Shown here piece by piece: positions 26,031 to 38,309 of a stretch of 62,000 nt of DNA. The stretch comes from Lytechinus pictus (Eukaryota). The first letter of the stretch is position 1; every line of letters begins with the position of its first letter. The translations under genes were made by a program, and so were the position numbers. Location: the NCBI RefSeq assembly GCF_037042905.1, contig NC_087246.1, forward strand, positions 1,054,001 to 1,116,000, written 5' to 3'. The notes beneath the pieces are model-generated. The model saw only the letters and a program-made list of their open reading frames with translations, searched no databases and was not told where the DNA came from.

Positions 26031-27062
26031 GACAAAACTACCTAATTCTAGACTAAGAGAAATAAAAAAAGTTCACATCAATCCAGACTTCTCTTGCCAA
26101 GTAACAATGCTATTGCCAAACAGTATTCTTTAAAGTGAAATAAAAATGGAAGTAACATTCCACAAATATCAACAATTATGTATAAATCAACCTAATTTAA
26201 AATTCAAATAGATCTATAGATAAGGAGTTGAAATAACTCCACATATAAAGTCCCATCGTACTGATCGTAGATCACTTCACGATGCCTCAATCACAATGCA
26301 TGCACACTCACTCATCTACAGCAGTGACAGCACTATAGAGCAGATATCTAGGCCACCAGAACCGGGGAAGAAATCTTCCCATCCCCGCTAAACTGAATGC
26401 TTTTTTAATGAATTACAAAAGCAGTAGGACTTTTTTTTAGTGCAAATCATGTAAAATTATCAATAAATGTTGAATATCACCCAGAATTATTACTTCAGTG
26501 ACAGTGAAGAGCTTTCCGGGTCTTTTCGAAGATGAATTCATCGTATTTGTTTGATACATGTTGATGAAAATCACCCAGACAGTACATGTAGGCCTACCAT
26601 TATCCGAAGGGAATTTCTAATGATCAATTCAAGAAAATAGCCTCAAAATTTCATTTTTTATCACAATTAATTTTAAAGGATAAAAAATATATTTTGATGA
26701 TTCAATCTTTAATATATATGATAGGTATTTTGGTAAAATTTTACACAGTATGGACTAATAATTTCCCTCAAACCTCCAAATCCCCCTCAATTGTAAATGG
26801 ACTCTTCTCTAACTATTTGGGGATTTACCCTACCCAATTTATCATACTGCTCGCTCTGAGCTGCAGAACGGGGGCAAAATACGGTTTCAATATTAACCCT
26901 TATCAAATTATCAAATATATAAATAATATATTACTATTATAATCACGTTATTAAATTTTAGTATTTGTTAAATAATAATTTTTATCTATAAATTATTCTT
27001 CAAAACAGCATTTTGTAACATCGCTAATCGAAGGTACGTCATAACGAAGCGGTTCAAGGGTC

Positions 27063-27203
27063 AGTTCCTCACACGTATAAATAATTTGCTGCCGATTTCA
27101 AAACATCGCATGCGCGGGCGAGGGTCCGAGCTCGGACCGGACCCGGTACCTCGCGCATATCGCATGCGATACGGCAGCGAATTATTTATATGTGTGAGGA
27201 ACT
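27063..27203. repeat. 141-bp hairpin / mini-MITE
   Basis: 32-bp near-perfect arms agttcctcacacgtataaataatttgctgccg / cggcagcgaattatttatatgtgtgaggaact; central perfect 16-bp palindrome ggtccgagctcggacc (27123-27138). Confidence 0.8.
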
Positions 27204-27525
27204 TCATGTTGGCTCTAAATCACCAATTTTGAGACTGATAGAAGCATGGAAAAGAAGTGAAACTTTGTGTAAAGTAAGAATATTAGTTTTAATTGTTTTT
27301 AAAGATCATGATGTTGCATGAATTTTATATTTTCCCCCCATAAAATCCCACCTTTGTCACTCGGAATATCAGATTGAGTTCACGGTCTCAAAGTTCGGGT
27401 AGGTGGAGCATAGTGTAGCGGTAGTGAAGTGGAGTGGAGCCTGCACGAACTTCGCTCGAGGTACCTCAAGGCTAGCCATTGCCCACCCTATAGCTGACTA
27501 GACTTGCTTTGCAAAAAAACAAAAG

Positions 27526-27754
27526 AAACAAGACCAACACACACTGAGGTTTATAGTTACCTGACTGCTAAGAAAGCACGAATGCCTGTGAGCAACCAGG
27601 GGACCAACGGCTTAAGGTCCTCTCCGAGGGACCTGGTATTGGTAATGAGGATAAATGCCTTGTACCAAAGGGCACTAGCGCACCACTTGGGAATCGAACC
27701 CGGGTCACCGGAATCCGAAACCCCCGCTCTACCGACTGAGCTATCGCGCCTCCC
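27526..27754 (-). mobile_element. tRNA-derived SINE
   Basis: Minus-strand head with A box TAGCTCAGTCGGTAGAGC and B box GGTTCGATTCCC, followed by a non-tRNA body (gtccctcggagaggaccttaagccgttggtccc). Possible TSD aacaaaag (27518-27525 and 27755-27762). Confidence 0.85.
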
Positions 27755-27897
27755 AACAAAAGCATCATTTTTTCCACCCAAAATTTTGTCTCACTGACCC
27801 TGAGGTCAGAACAGAAGCCCATTTGTTTTAATTAGGTGACAACAAAAATCATTATCAAACAAAAGTAGACGGTGAATTTTTAAACTAAGTAGGCCTA

Positions 27898-28610
27898 CCG
27901 TAAGGGCACTAGTATTCAACCCGTTTGGAGAGTTTCCTCAATTATATAGAAATATGGAATTTACCTTAATTTCAGACCTGTCTTATTTCCAAGAGCGAAT
28001 GCTGGTTATTCTTTTTAGCGTTATTTTTTTCTTCAAAATCAACCCGTCGACTGTGTGCGCAGGCGATCAAATTATACGGCGATGGTTTTTGCCACTAGAA
28101 TTCAACCCGTCGGCACTAGTAATAGTATTCAACCTAGCGATGAAAGATGGCCCTGTCTCTCAATCTGCCCTTGTCCAATCCGACTATGGACTAGACCATT
28201 TGAGATGAGACCAACCCGGGAATTAGTCAAAGCCAGAGACTTATGTAGATCTATTCTAGTTTAGCATGTTTAGCAATCTCAAACATTTTGAGATTCGCTA
28301 TCTATCATCACGACACTAGATTGAATACTAGTGCAATTCAGTGCAAAAGGTCATCACCGCATAATTCGATCCTCCGCGCATACAGTCGACAGATTGATAA
28401 AGAAAATACCGACAACAGATTAAAGTTACTCTGGTCCTGGAAATTACCAGTAAGAATAGATAAATTCCTATTCCTAAATTCCTATTCCTAAATTCCTATT
28501 CCTAAATTCCTAAATTCCTATATTTCTAAATATTTGGGGGAATTTGTCAAAATCTTTGAATTATGCCGGGTTGAATACTACTATTACTAGTGCTGATACT
28601 GATAGTACGG
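27898..28610. mobile_element. Degenerate TA-flanked CCGTA-ended (Tc1/mariner-like) MITE
   Basis: TA|ccgta...tacgg|TA; subterminal IR gcactagtattcaacccg / cgggttgaatacta..ctagtgc; contains an (aattcctattccta)n tract at ~28462-28520. Confidence 0.5.
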
Positions 28611-28851
28611 TAAGTATTTTAAGCCCGAAGGTAGACGGTGCAGCCAAAAGCCCCCAAAAAGGGGTAATTTTTCACGAGAGGATTTTTTTTTTATCGCATT
28701 TTTATTTAAAATTAAATAATTTACCATTGGTCACCCGGCAGCCGGTCACCCTATTAGGCCTATATCTGCTAAATCCACTTCTGTAAAATATCAAAATCAC
28801 ACACAAACACACACATAACAACATCAGACATTAGTATCATTCAATACAAAC

Positions 28852-28966
28852 CTCTTTCTTCGTCAGTGTAAAGCGTGTTGCACTCTTTCAAGATTCTTTC
28901 GTTCAGGGAGATGGTTGCAGAATCCGTTGGATTTGCCGACTCTCGCCTTCTCACTCTTCCTGACAT
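28852..28966 (-). CDS. Probable first coding exon (MSGRVRRRESANPTDSATISLNERILKECNTLYTDEER-G) of a minus-strand gene, tentatively an uncharacterised dynamin/EHD-like P-loop GTPase
   Basis: ATG at 28966, 38 open codons plus 1 nt, donor G|GTTTGT at 28851. Unique non-repeat sequence with a promoter-like region upstream. The family guess is from recollection of an ERILxECxxLYTD N-terminal motif and needs BLAST. Confidence 0.6.
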
Positions 28967-29230
28967 ATCGACAGTTCAAAGATGGTCTTCAATCAGTCTT
29001 GGAAGAAGTACTGCCTCTTACTCTGAATGGTTGGTGAATCTTAATGAAAGTAGACGGGTGGATATTTATTTTAAAATGTTTTTAGCTTCAAACTCTGCCG
29101 CTTGATCGTGATCGTCTGCTCATTGACAGCTCGGTAAAAGACTGAAGTTAGAGATTGGTTCACGAAATGTACAAGTTGGCACTCGGACAAAGTTTCGCGA
29201 AAGTAATGATCATCTGCATCATTTAGTGAT
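28967..29230 (-). promoter_or_regulatory. Candidate 5' UTR/promoter of the minus-strand gene
   Basis: CpG-enriched; CCAAT box on - (ATTGG at ~29154); palindromic TTTCGCGAAA (E2F-like) at 29193-29202. Confidence 0.4.
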
Positions 29231-29578
29231 CTGTGTGTCAAAAATCATAGGCCCCTTTTGGGATTAAATAGATTTTTTTTTTTTTTGGGGGGGAAGGGGG
29301 AGGTCCTATCAAATTTTCTTTTTAATAGATGATTTTTATGAGACTCCTCCCCCAAAAAAAGTTTTGATGAAAGTGATGAAAACAGAACTAGAGAAATAAC
29401 TTGAAGTGGAGAACTTTTTATTGATTTTGGTTGAGACTCTATATTGTTTTTTATTTTACATATCAAATATGTTTCTGAAAGATTTTATCAAAATAATATG
29501 TGAAGCAAATAAATCTTGAATTAAATGATCATTTGCCACGCAATATTCAGATAAATATTCGTCAGAGACAAGAAATAT

Positions 29579-31761
29579 CCCAGGACCAAAATCCAATTGA
29601 AACCAGTTGGATTTCCAACTGGTTTCAATTGGTTTCAATTGGTTTCAACTGGTTTCAATTGGTTTTAACTGGAATTTAACAATTTCCAGTTGAAACCAAT
29701 TGAAACCAGTTGGGCAACTGGAAATCCTAACTGGAACCAGTTGGGTAACTGGAAATGACTTCCAATTGGGAATGATTTCTAACTGGAACCAGTTGAGTAA
29801 CTGGAAATCCCAACTGGAACCAGTTGGGCAACTGGAAATCCTAACTGGAACCAGTTGGGTAACTGGAAATGACTTCCAATTGGAAATGATTTCTTACTGG
29901 AACCAGTTGAGTAACTGGAAATCCCAACTGGAACCAGTTGGGCAACTGGAAATCCTAACTGGAACCAGTTGGGTAACTGGAAATGACTTCCAATTGGAAA
30001 TGATTTCTAACTGGAACCAGTTGGGCAACTGGAAATCCTAACTGGAACCAGTTGGGTAACTGGAAATGACTTCCAATTGGAAATGATTTCTAACTGGAAC
30101 CAGTTGGGCAACTGGAAATCCTAACTGGAACCAGTTGGGTAACTGGAAATGACTTCCAATTGGAAATGATTTCTTACTGGAACCAGTTGAGTAACTGGAA
30201 ATCCCAACTGGAACCAGTTGGGCAACTGGAAATCCTAACTGGAACCAGTTGGGTAACTGGAAATGACTTCCAATTGGAAATGATTTCTAACTGGAACCAG
30301 TTGGGCAACTGGAAATCCTAACTGGAACCAGTTGGGTAACTGGAAATGACTTCCAATTGGAAATGATTTCTAACTGGAACCAGTTGGGCAACTGGAAATC
30401 CTAACTGGAACCAGTTGGGTAACTGGAAATGACTTCCAACTGGAAATGATTTCTAACTGGAACCAGTTGAGTAACTGGAAATCCCAACTGGAACCAGTTG
30501 GGCAACTGGAAATCCTAACTGGAACCAGTTGGGTAACTGGAAATGACTTCCAATTGGAAATGATTTCTTACTGGAACCAGTTGAGTAACTGGAAATCCCA
30601 ACTGGAACCAGTTGGGCAACTGGAAATCCTAACTGGAACCAGTTGGGTAACTGGAAATGACTTCCAATTGGAAATGATTTCTAACTGGAACCAGTTGGGC
30701 AACTGGAAATCCTAACTGGAACCAGTTGGGTAACTGGAAATGACTTCCAACTGGAAATGATTTCTAACTGGAACCAGTTGGGTAACTGGAAATCCTAACT
30801 TGAACCATTCAGTTGTGTAACTGGAAATCCTAACTGGTACCAATTGGGTAACTGAGATGACTTCTAACTGGAAAGATGGGTAACTGGAAATGAATTCTAA
30901 TTGGAACCAGTTGGGTAACTGGAAATTATTTCCAATTGGTTTCCAATTGGAAATTTTCCAGTTACCCAACTGGATCCAGTTGAAACCAGTTAATTTGCAT
31001 ATTATTTGCCAGTGTGCACAGATTAATGTTTTATGAGATTAATCATCATTAACAATGTATCTATTTAATTCTTTACAATTTCAAGTACCACACTTTTTAA
31101 AGATTAGTATTTAGAATACTTAGCAGTGAAAACCATGTTCATAAATGTTATAGATTATAATTAAAACAGATTAAAGGATAATTAGTACACCACTAACTGT
31201 TACCAAATTACATCAAATAAAAGTACATATATTTGAAGATCTTCCATATAAACATATATACATGAAAGTCTGTATTTTATCAATGCCCTTTACATTGGTA
31301 TTAATAGACATATAACACTGCTTCTGTGTTGGCATGAGAAATAGTTACTGCAAATGCTAATTAATTTGTAACTAATTAAGTTCGTTCCAACTGGAAGTTC
31401 CAATTGGATCCAGTTGGAAACCAATTGGTTTCAACTGGTTCCAGTTGAAACCAGTTGCCTCCAATTGGTTTCAACTGGAACCAATTGAAACCAGTTGCCT
31501 CCAATTGGATTCAATTGGTTTTAATAGGGAAATTGGAACAACTGGAACCAATTGACAACAATTGCCAACTGGTTCCAGTTGCCCAATTGGTTTTAACTGG
31601 AACCAATTGGCAACTGGTTTTCAATTGGTTTTTAACTGGAACCAATTGGCAACTGGTTTTCAATTGGAACCAGTTGTTCCAATTTCCCTATTGAAACCAG
31701 TTGGCCAACTGGTTTCAATTGGTTTTGCCCTAATTGGTTTTAACTGGATTTTGGTCCTGGG
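29579..31761. mobile_element. CCC..GGG-ended TIR element (CACTA/EnSpm-like) carrying a higher-order satellite
   Basis: TIR cccaggaccaaaatcca / tggattttggtcctggg flanked by AT (alternatively TA with a T-CCC end); both subterminal regions are dense in (c/t)aactgg/ccagtt motifs. Confidence 0.8.
29700..30990. repeat. Higher-order tandem array of 31-bp (A), 52-bp (B) and 31-bp (C) monomers in 114-bp ABC and 83-bp AB units
   Basis: A=aactggaaccagttgggcaactggaaatcct; B=aactggaaccagttgggtaactggaaatgacttccaattggaaatgatttct; C=aactggaaccagttgagtaactggaaatccc. The 114-bp unit explains the 38-aa periodic ORFs. Confidence 0.92.
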
Positions 31762-31785
31762 ATACTATGGACTCAAAACCGAAAC

Positions 31786-32352
31786 CCCGGGGGGGCCACT
31801 TCCATTCACGAGTGGATACCATGCGCGACCATGAGATCTCAAAAAGCACCCTAAACACGTATTTTCCATATTCTTAAAATGCACCCCTTAACAAGTATTG
31901 GCGTGTGAAACCCTACCCTTAACAAGTATTGGAAACAAAATTATACTATTAATTGGCAAGTATTCCCTGAATTGAACCCCTAAACAAGTACAGCGATATT
32001 TCAATATTATGTCACGGACGTCGGTTTTACCTTTACCAACAGTCCTACATCATTGGGTTTAGTACAGCCCAACTCGCGCAAATCATACTCTAAACACATA
32101 GTGTTGACTTCAGGGGCAAAAAGTACATCCTTTATAAAACATTTTAGTCTTGATTTTTATACCCTCGCAAATTTGACCCTAAACACGTAACTTTCCTAGC
32201 GAAATAGATACCCTTTTTTCATTATTTCAGTGTTTTTGACACCCTAATTACGTTACGTACGTAACGTGCCCTATCTTGAAAAAGACATCCTTTTTACGTG
32301 TTTTTTTGGTCGCGCATGGTATCCACTCGTCAATGTAAGTGGCCCCCCCGGG
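31786..32352. mobile_element. MITE with CCCGGG termini and an 8-bp TSD (567 bp)
   Basis: ~45-bp TIR cccgggggggccactt(c/a)catt(c/g)acgagtggataccatgcgcgacca; exact TSD accgaaac. Confidence 0.9.
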
Positions 32353-32814
32353 ACCGAAACCCCCTGCCAAAAGTTGTTGCGTCAACGATATGCAAGTTTT
32401 TCTGCAAATTGATACATAACTTTATTCATGTTTCAATAGGAAAGTCATTGTTTTCTTCTATTTTCCAAAAAAAAATGTTCATGGAAATATTTAAGAAAAT
32501 TCTAGTATTTTAACTTTATGCCATAACGTACGGTTAGAGATGAAAATATCGCCCAATGAGAATACTAGTACATATATGGTACAGTACGACATTTCCCTTA
32601 CTGATCAACACGATGCAAAATTGGCCACACGTGCTTTTAAAAGGATTGTCGGAATTGTGTGCTTGGTTTCAATTGATCTTTACTTGATTGCGTGTCATCA
32701 TGCAGCGCAGCTAGCGCTAGCCTGCGGGACACGTACGATATACGGGATCAACGACTACACAGGGGCCGGGGGGGGGGCACGTCCCCCTAAATTTCAATTG
32801 GGGCCGGGGACACC

Positions 32815-33032
32815 CACTAGCGTACCTACGGGGGGGGGCACATCCCATGCAAAGGACGTATCCCTGCCCCCCCTGACGAACTTGAAAGACCTTTTTCGCC
32901 TCCCCCTGACGAGCTTGAAGACCTTTATTGCCCCCCTGACGAGCTTGAAGACCTTCTTTTTTTTTTTTTTGCTTGTCAATTTTTTTGGCGGATGGTTTTG
33001 CCCCCCTGTGGAAAATCCTAGGTACGCCACTG
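32815..33032. mobile_element. hAT-like short MITE (cactagcgtacct..aggtacgccactg), copy 1
   Basis: Exact 8-bp TSD gggacacc; internal 32-bp repeats cccccctgacgagcttgaagacct. Confidence 0.88.
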
Positions 33033-33100
33033 GGGACACCCCATAAAAAATAGAAGAAATGAACGAAAGGAGGAAAGGAGGAAAGAAAGAAAGAAAGAAA

Positions 33101-36100
33101 GTGAATATGTGTAATGGTTGTCCTCAGATGTCCTTGATTCATCTATCCTTGTTGATATTTTTTGTATGGTCTGTGAGACTGTGACGGATTTGGTTTAAAA
33201 ACTGTTGTTTTGGTATATTGTATACTTGTTGAAATCTCTCCTCATGGTTGACGGATTTAATATTCCAGAACCAGTTATTAGTGAGTGTAAATACGTAAAC
33301 TGTGAAGATTTCCAATGTAATGGTGAAAACTTTTCTGTTAGGACCCTATGCATATTAATTCGAGAAGTCTCTTTAAATTTTTGAAGATTTAGCAGTCCTG
33401 TTATCCTGTATAAATCATAATTTTTCTGTGATTGGTGTTTCAGAAACCTGGTTTACTCCATCCACAGAAGTAGCTATGTTTGATATTTCAAGTATGTCGA
33501 TCAAATAAAAAAGGTGGTGGTGTATAGCATGTTATGTCAGAGAGGGGCTTGATTACAAATTACGCAATGATTTATCAACGGCAAATACTTACTATGAGTC
33601 TGTATTTATTGAAATGAATAATGCAAACAAAAAGTCAATTGTTGGTTGTGTGTATAGAGCCCCTGGTAATGATATTCGATCATTTACTGATGATTTTGAC
33701 CAAGAAATGCAAATATTGAGTTAAGAAAATAAAGACATTTATATTATGGGTGATTTTAACATTAACTTGTTAAATGTTGATACAGATGAAAAGGTTACAG
33801 ATTTTAATAATTTCATGTATTCATTTGGCCTGTTTTCCCTAATCACTAAACCTACACGCATAACATCATCTTCAGCAACCTTAATTGATAATGTATTTAC
33901 CAATTGTGTTCAATATCAATTCTGTTCTGGAATTTTTTGTTCTGATTTTTCTGATCATATGCCGATTTGTAGCATTAACAAAGGCAATGCCATTACAACT
34001 AGTAAAGCAAATAGAAAAGTGTTTAGACGTCTAATTACTGAAGTAAGAATGAATAACTTTAGACAAGATTTACTTAACACAGATTGGTCTATTTCGTATG
34101 ATTTGTGTGACGCTAATGTGTCGTTTAACTATTTTAGTGACCCTTTTTCTAAGCTATATAATGAACATTTTCCTTTAATTGAATGTAGTGGTAAGAATAA
34201 ATGCAGGAAACCATGGATCACTCCAATTCTTCTAAAATCCATTCATAAAAAGCATAAGCATAATCGGAAAAAGTATATTGATTACAAAAATATATTAACA
34301 AATCTTGATCGTCAAAGTAAGAAGAATTATTATGATAATGTTTTTCGAACAAATCAAAATGATATGAGAAAGACTTGGTCACATATTAATGAATTGCTGG
34401 GGAGGGGGAAGAAAATGCCACTCCCAAATGACATGTATCATAACGAATCATTGTTCAATTCGGATTTACATAAAGCAGAGTATTTCAATAAATATTTTAT
34501 TGATCTACCTTCTAAAATAAGCAAGGAAATTCCTCCTGTTCATACAGAGATTTTATGTCGGTCCAAAATCACTCCTCATCCTTGTATTTACGATCAACAT
34601 CTGTTCGTGAAATTTCTAATTTGGTTTCGACTTTAAAACCATCGAAGGCATGCGGGTCAGATGATATTTCTCCCAAGGTCATAAAAAATAGTATTCAATG
34701 CATTGTTGATCCCTTATGCGATATTTTTAATAAGTCCTTGTTTCAGAGTATTGTCCCTGACAAACTGAAAATAGCTAAAGTAGTCCCAGTATTTAAAAAG
34801 AATGATCGTAAATGCATTGAAAATTACAGACCTATTGCGTTGTTACCCATATTCTCAAAAATTCTTGAGAAAATAGTGTACAAAAGAATGGATGATTTCC
34901 TTCAACTTCATAATATCATGATACCACAACAATTTGGCTTTCGAAAAAATTACTCCACAAGTATGGGCATCTTGAATTTAGTGAATACCATTATAAGTGC
35001 AATTGATAGTGGAAAATTTTGTATTGTTGTGTTTCTAGATTTATCGAAGGCATTTGATACTATCGACCATGATATATTATTGTACAAGCTTGAGCATTAT
35101 GGTGTTCGTGGGGTAGCCTTAAGTTGGTTTAAAAATTACTTAAAGAATAGATGTCAGTATGCAATGATTAATGGAGTTAAATCACAATCAAAGGAGGTTA
35201 AATGTGGTGTACCCCAAGGCTCGGTTCTGTGTCCCTTATTGTTCTTGATTTATGTTAATGACATTATAAATTCATCAAAATTGTTTACTTATTCACTATT
35301 CGCAGATGACACTTGCTTACTTTCCCATCACAAAGATATGCATACTCTCATATTCTCAACTAACAATGAAATTAAAAATATATTTAAATGGTTTTGCTGT
35401 AACATATGTTGTCTTTAGAACAAGGGGTAAAAGAGTCCCAGAAGATACTAATCCATTATCAATAGGAGGCCATCAGATCAATCGAAGTCAAGATGTAAGG
35501 TTTCTGGGAGTTGTAGTTGATGATCACTTATCATGGAAAAATCACCTCAGTTATGTTTGTACTATAAGGTATCAAGGAGTGTTGGTGTCATTTATAAGTT
35601 ACGTTTCTCTCTACCTCAGCAGACCTTAGCAACTCTTTACAATGCTATATTATGCCACATTTAGATTATTGTAATGTTGCATGGGGAAATACATATAGGA
35701 ACCATTTAGACAAACTGCTAGTTCTTCAGAAGAAAGTTGTGAGGCTCATAACATATTCGAATTACAGATGTCCAAGTATTCCTTTATTTCTGCAATTGAA
35801 GATTTTGCCTCTTGATGATTTAGTCTCCTTCAATTGTTTGATATTTATGTACAAATCACAACCCTCTCAAAACTGTTCATTTTTAAAAGATGCATTTGTT
35901 GTCAAATGTCTATTTGTACAATACACGGCAGAAAAATATTATCCACCAACCACTTACAAGAACAAATACTGCTTTTGTAATAGTTTGTACCAAAGAATGG
36001 AATAAGTTACCACAAGCTTTAGATCCAGTCCAACACTGCCCATATTTAAAAATGCATGTCGAAAATATTTATTTGAAAGATTACAAAATATCTTAAATTG

Positions 36101-36114
36101 ATTCTTGATAAACC

Positions 36115-36145
<31 letters not shown>

Positions 36146-36351
36146 ATTTTGTATGTATTTTTCTTATTTACTCTCTAGATTATCATTGTATATATTTTTT
36201 CATCTCATTCTTGATGTAATGTTCTTTATAAGGGGCCCCTCTCACAAGCTCTGCTTCTATGGGGTCCCAAACCTATCATGTATTCTCATTTTTTGTTAAA
36301 CTGTGTAATATGTCTCTTGTTTTTGATTGGTTTAAATAAACTTGAACTTGA
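33101..36351 (+). mobile_element. CR1/L2-superclade (Crack/Daphne-like) LINE, 5'-truncated, with frameshifted APE+RT ORF2
   Basis: Endonuclease motifs (IGVSETW, VYRAP, MGDFN, TLIDN, SDH) and RT motifs (NYRPIALL, QFGFR, FLDLSKAFDTIDH, GVPQGS, FADDT) are spread over at least 4 frames. 3' tail aataaacttgaacttga; flanked by (GAAA)n on both sides. Confidence 0.93.
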
Positions 36352-37409
36352 AAGAAAGAAAGAAAGAAAGAAAGAAAGAAAATATTCGCCACCCCCCCCC
36401 CCCCCATCAAACCTGTCTTAGTGGCTATACCTGCGCTGCCTATATAGGTTCGATTTGATTTGATTTGAATTCTGAACCGGATTCTGAATTCACATCAATA
36501 TCAGAATTTGACGAGTATACAATAACAAAACAATAATCATAATAACAGTCATTATGTTAAAATACATCTTGTTTATATTTATTTTCATTGCTTACTTTTA
36601 TAAGCAACATTGTCGGCGGAAGCCAACAAATTTAGGGGGGTGAACCTGAAATTTTGGGATGGACACAGTTAAAAAATTGGACAAGCAAAAAAAAGTTACC
36701 AATCAAAATTTTAGGGGGACGCAGGAAACAAAATTGACAAGCCAAAAAAAAACGTTATCAACAAAAATTTAGGGGGGACAGGACACCACACTCAACACAG
36801 ATTCATGCACAAACACCCCCCCCCCCCCTGCACACACACACACATGTACATACATCCCCCCATCAAATCAAATGCATTTCATCTGTCCGCATAAGTTTCA
36901 TGGCAGGCGTCATGAAAATAAGTGCATGTCGTTTTGTAAAAGAAACAAATGGATTCGGAATGCCTCGTCGTCATGAAGACAAGTGTAAAAATTTTCCCAC
37001 TTCCTCAGGTGGCCGGATGATTTTCCACGTGCCTCTGCCAGTGGCGTACCTGGCATATTTCGTCAGGGGGGACAAGCGACAAGGATAAGCAAGAGGGGTT
37101 GTAGGCATGGACGTATAGGCAAAAAATTTTCAAGGGGGCTGATAATCATTGCCCAAATATCAACTTCACAGTTTTAATTTTCGAGCGAGCGAAGCGAGCG
37201 AACATTTTTTCAATCATTATTTAGCCTTTTTACATGATGTGAAATGTGCAGAAATTATACATTCGGTCCTCAAATTACCAATACGATGATATTTGGGCAC
37301 CTCGCAGTCCTCGTTGCCCTGCATTTTGCAGCCCACCCCCATACACGTTTGGATGTGTACGTCTGGAAGTGACACTGAAGGTGGGATAGGTTACCCAGGG
37401 GGTGCCCAA

Positions 37410-37629
37410 CACTAGCGTACCTACGGGGGGGGGGGGCAGAGGGGGCAGACTGCCCCCCCCCCCCTGACGAGTCACAACCCATGCAAGGGAAATATCCCTG
37501 CCCCCCCTGACGAGTCTTCAAGAATCCTTTATTTGTGGTTGAAGACCTTTTTTTTTTTTGCTTGTCAAATTTTTTGGCGGACGAATTTGCCCCCCCCCCC
37601 CCCTGTGGAAAATCCTAGGTACGCCACTG
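37410..37629. mobile_element. hAT-like short MITE, copy 2 of the 32815-33032 family
   Basis: Same asymmetric ends; exact 8-bp TSD gtgcccaa. Confidence 0.88.
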
Positions 37630-38309
37630 GTGCCCAATAAAACAGTTGGGATCTTGCTACTACTGATATTTGCTATTGGGCGATTACAATTTATTGTCGA
37701 AATTAATTATTTTTGTACATCATTCCAGAAATGAAATGTATTGGATCGTGATCGATATATTTCTAATCAAGTGGTAATTGCAATTTTTATATTAAAATAC
37801 TTCTTTTATTCCTCTTTGAAGGTGTTTACATTATGTTCCAATTTCTGCTCATTTGGAGACGTTATAAAAGAGGTATTTGACATTGAAATCAGTTGTATTC
37901 ATGTATTGATTTGCATTTGTTTTATTTCCATATACACAGTTAAAACAAAAATAAATGCATCCATTCACTCATAAAAAATTAAAATGAACGTGAAAATATA
38001 TGCGACAGTATAGCACTAGATATGGGGAAATCACTCACTCACTGGCAGGAATGGCAGAAGGTTGAGGAAATTGAAATTGGAAAAAGATATAGGCGGACGA
38101 AGGGATCGGGTACATAGGATAGAAAGGGGGATGGTAATAACCAGAGGAATGTGTAAGCAGTGGTATAGCTAGGCCTTTTCAAGTGGGGGGGGGGTGGAGG
38201 CCCTTGATTACCGACAGATATCAGTACCGATTACCGACGTCCGGCGACCAATACTCATCTATATCCATCCAAGGGGCAGATCCAGGATAATTTTTTTCAA
38301 AAAAATTTA

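Noticed and set aside
27680..27754. Functional tRNA gene
   Set aside because: A and B boxes are present, but the sequence continues into a SINE body with a possible TSD and has no convincing acceptor stem or immediate poly-T terminator.
29700..30990. CRISPR-like array or repetitive protein (38-aa periodic ORFs)
   Set aside because: No unique spacers, no cas genes, and a eukaryotic context. The ORFs are by-products of the 114-bp unit and break at each 83-bp unit.
32540..33142. 168-aa and 141-aa ORFs
   Set aside because: They run through GC-rich MITE sequence and homopolymers; not credible proteins.
33746..36096. Active retrotransposon or domesticated RT gene
   Set aside because: Multiple frameshifts and stops, a G-to-C change in the GSVLGP motif, and no ORF1.
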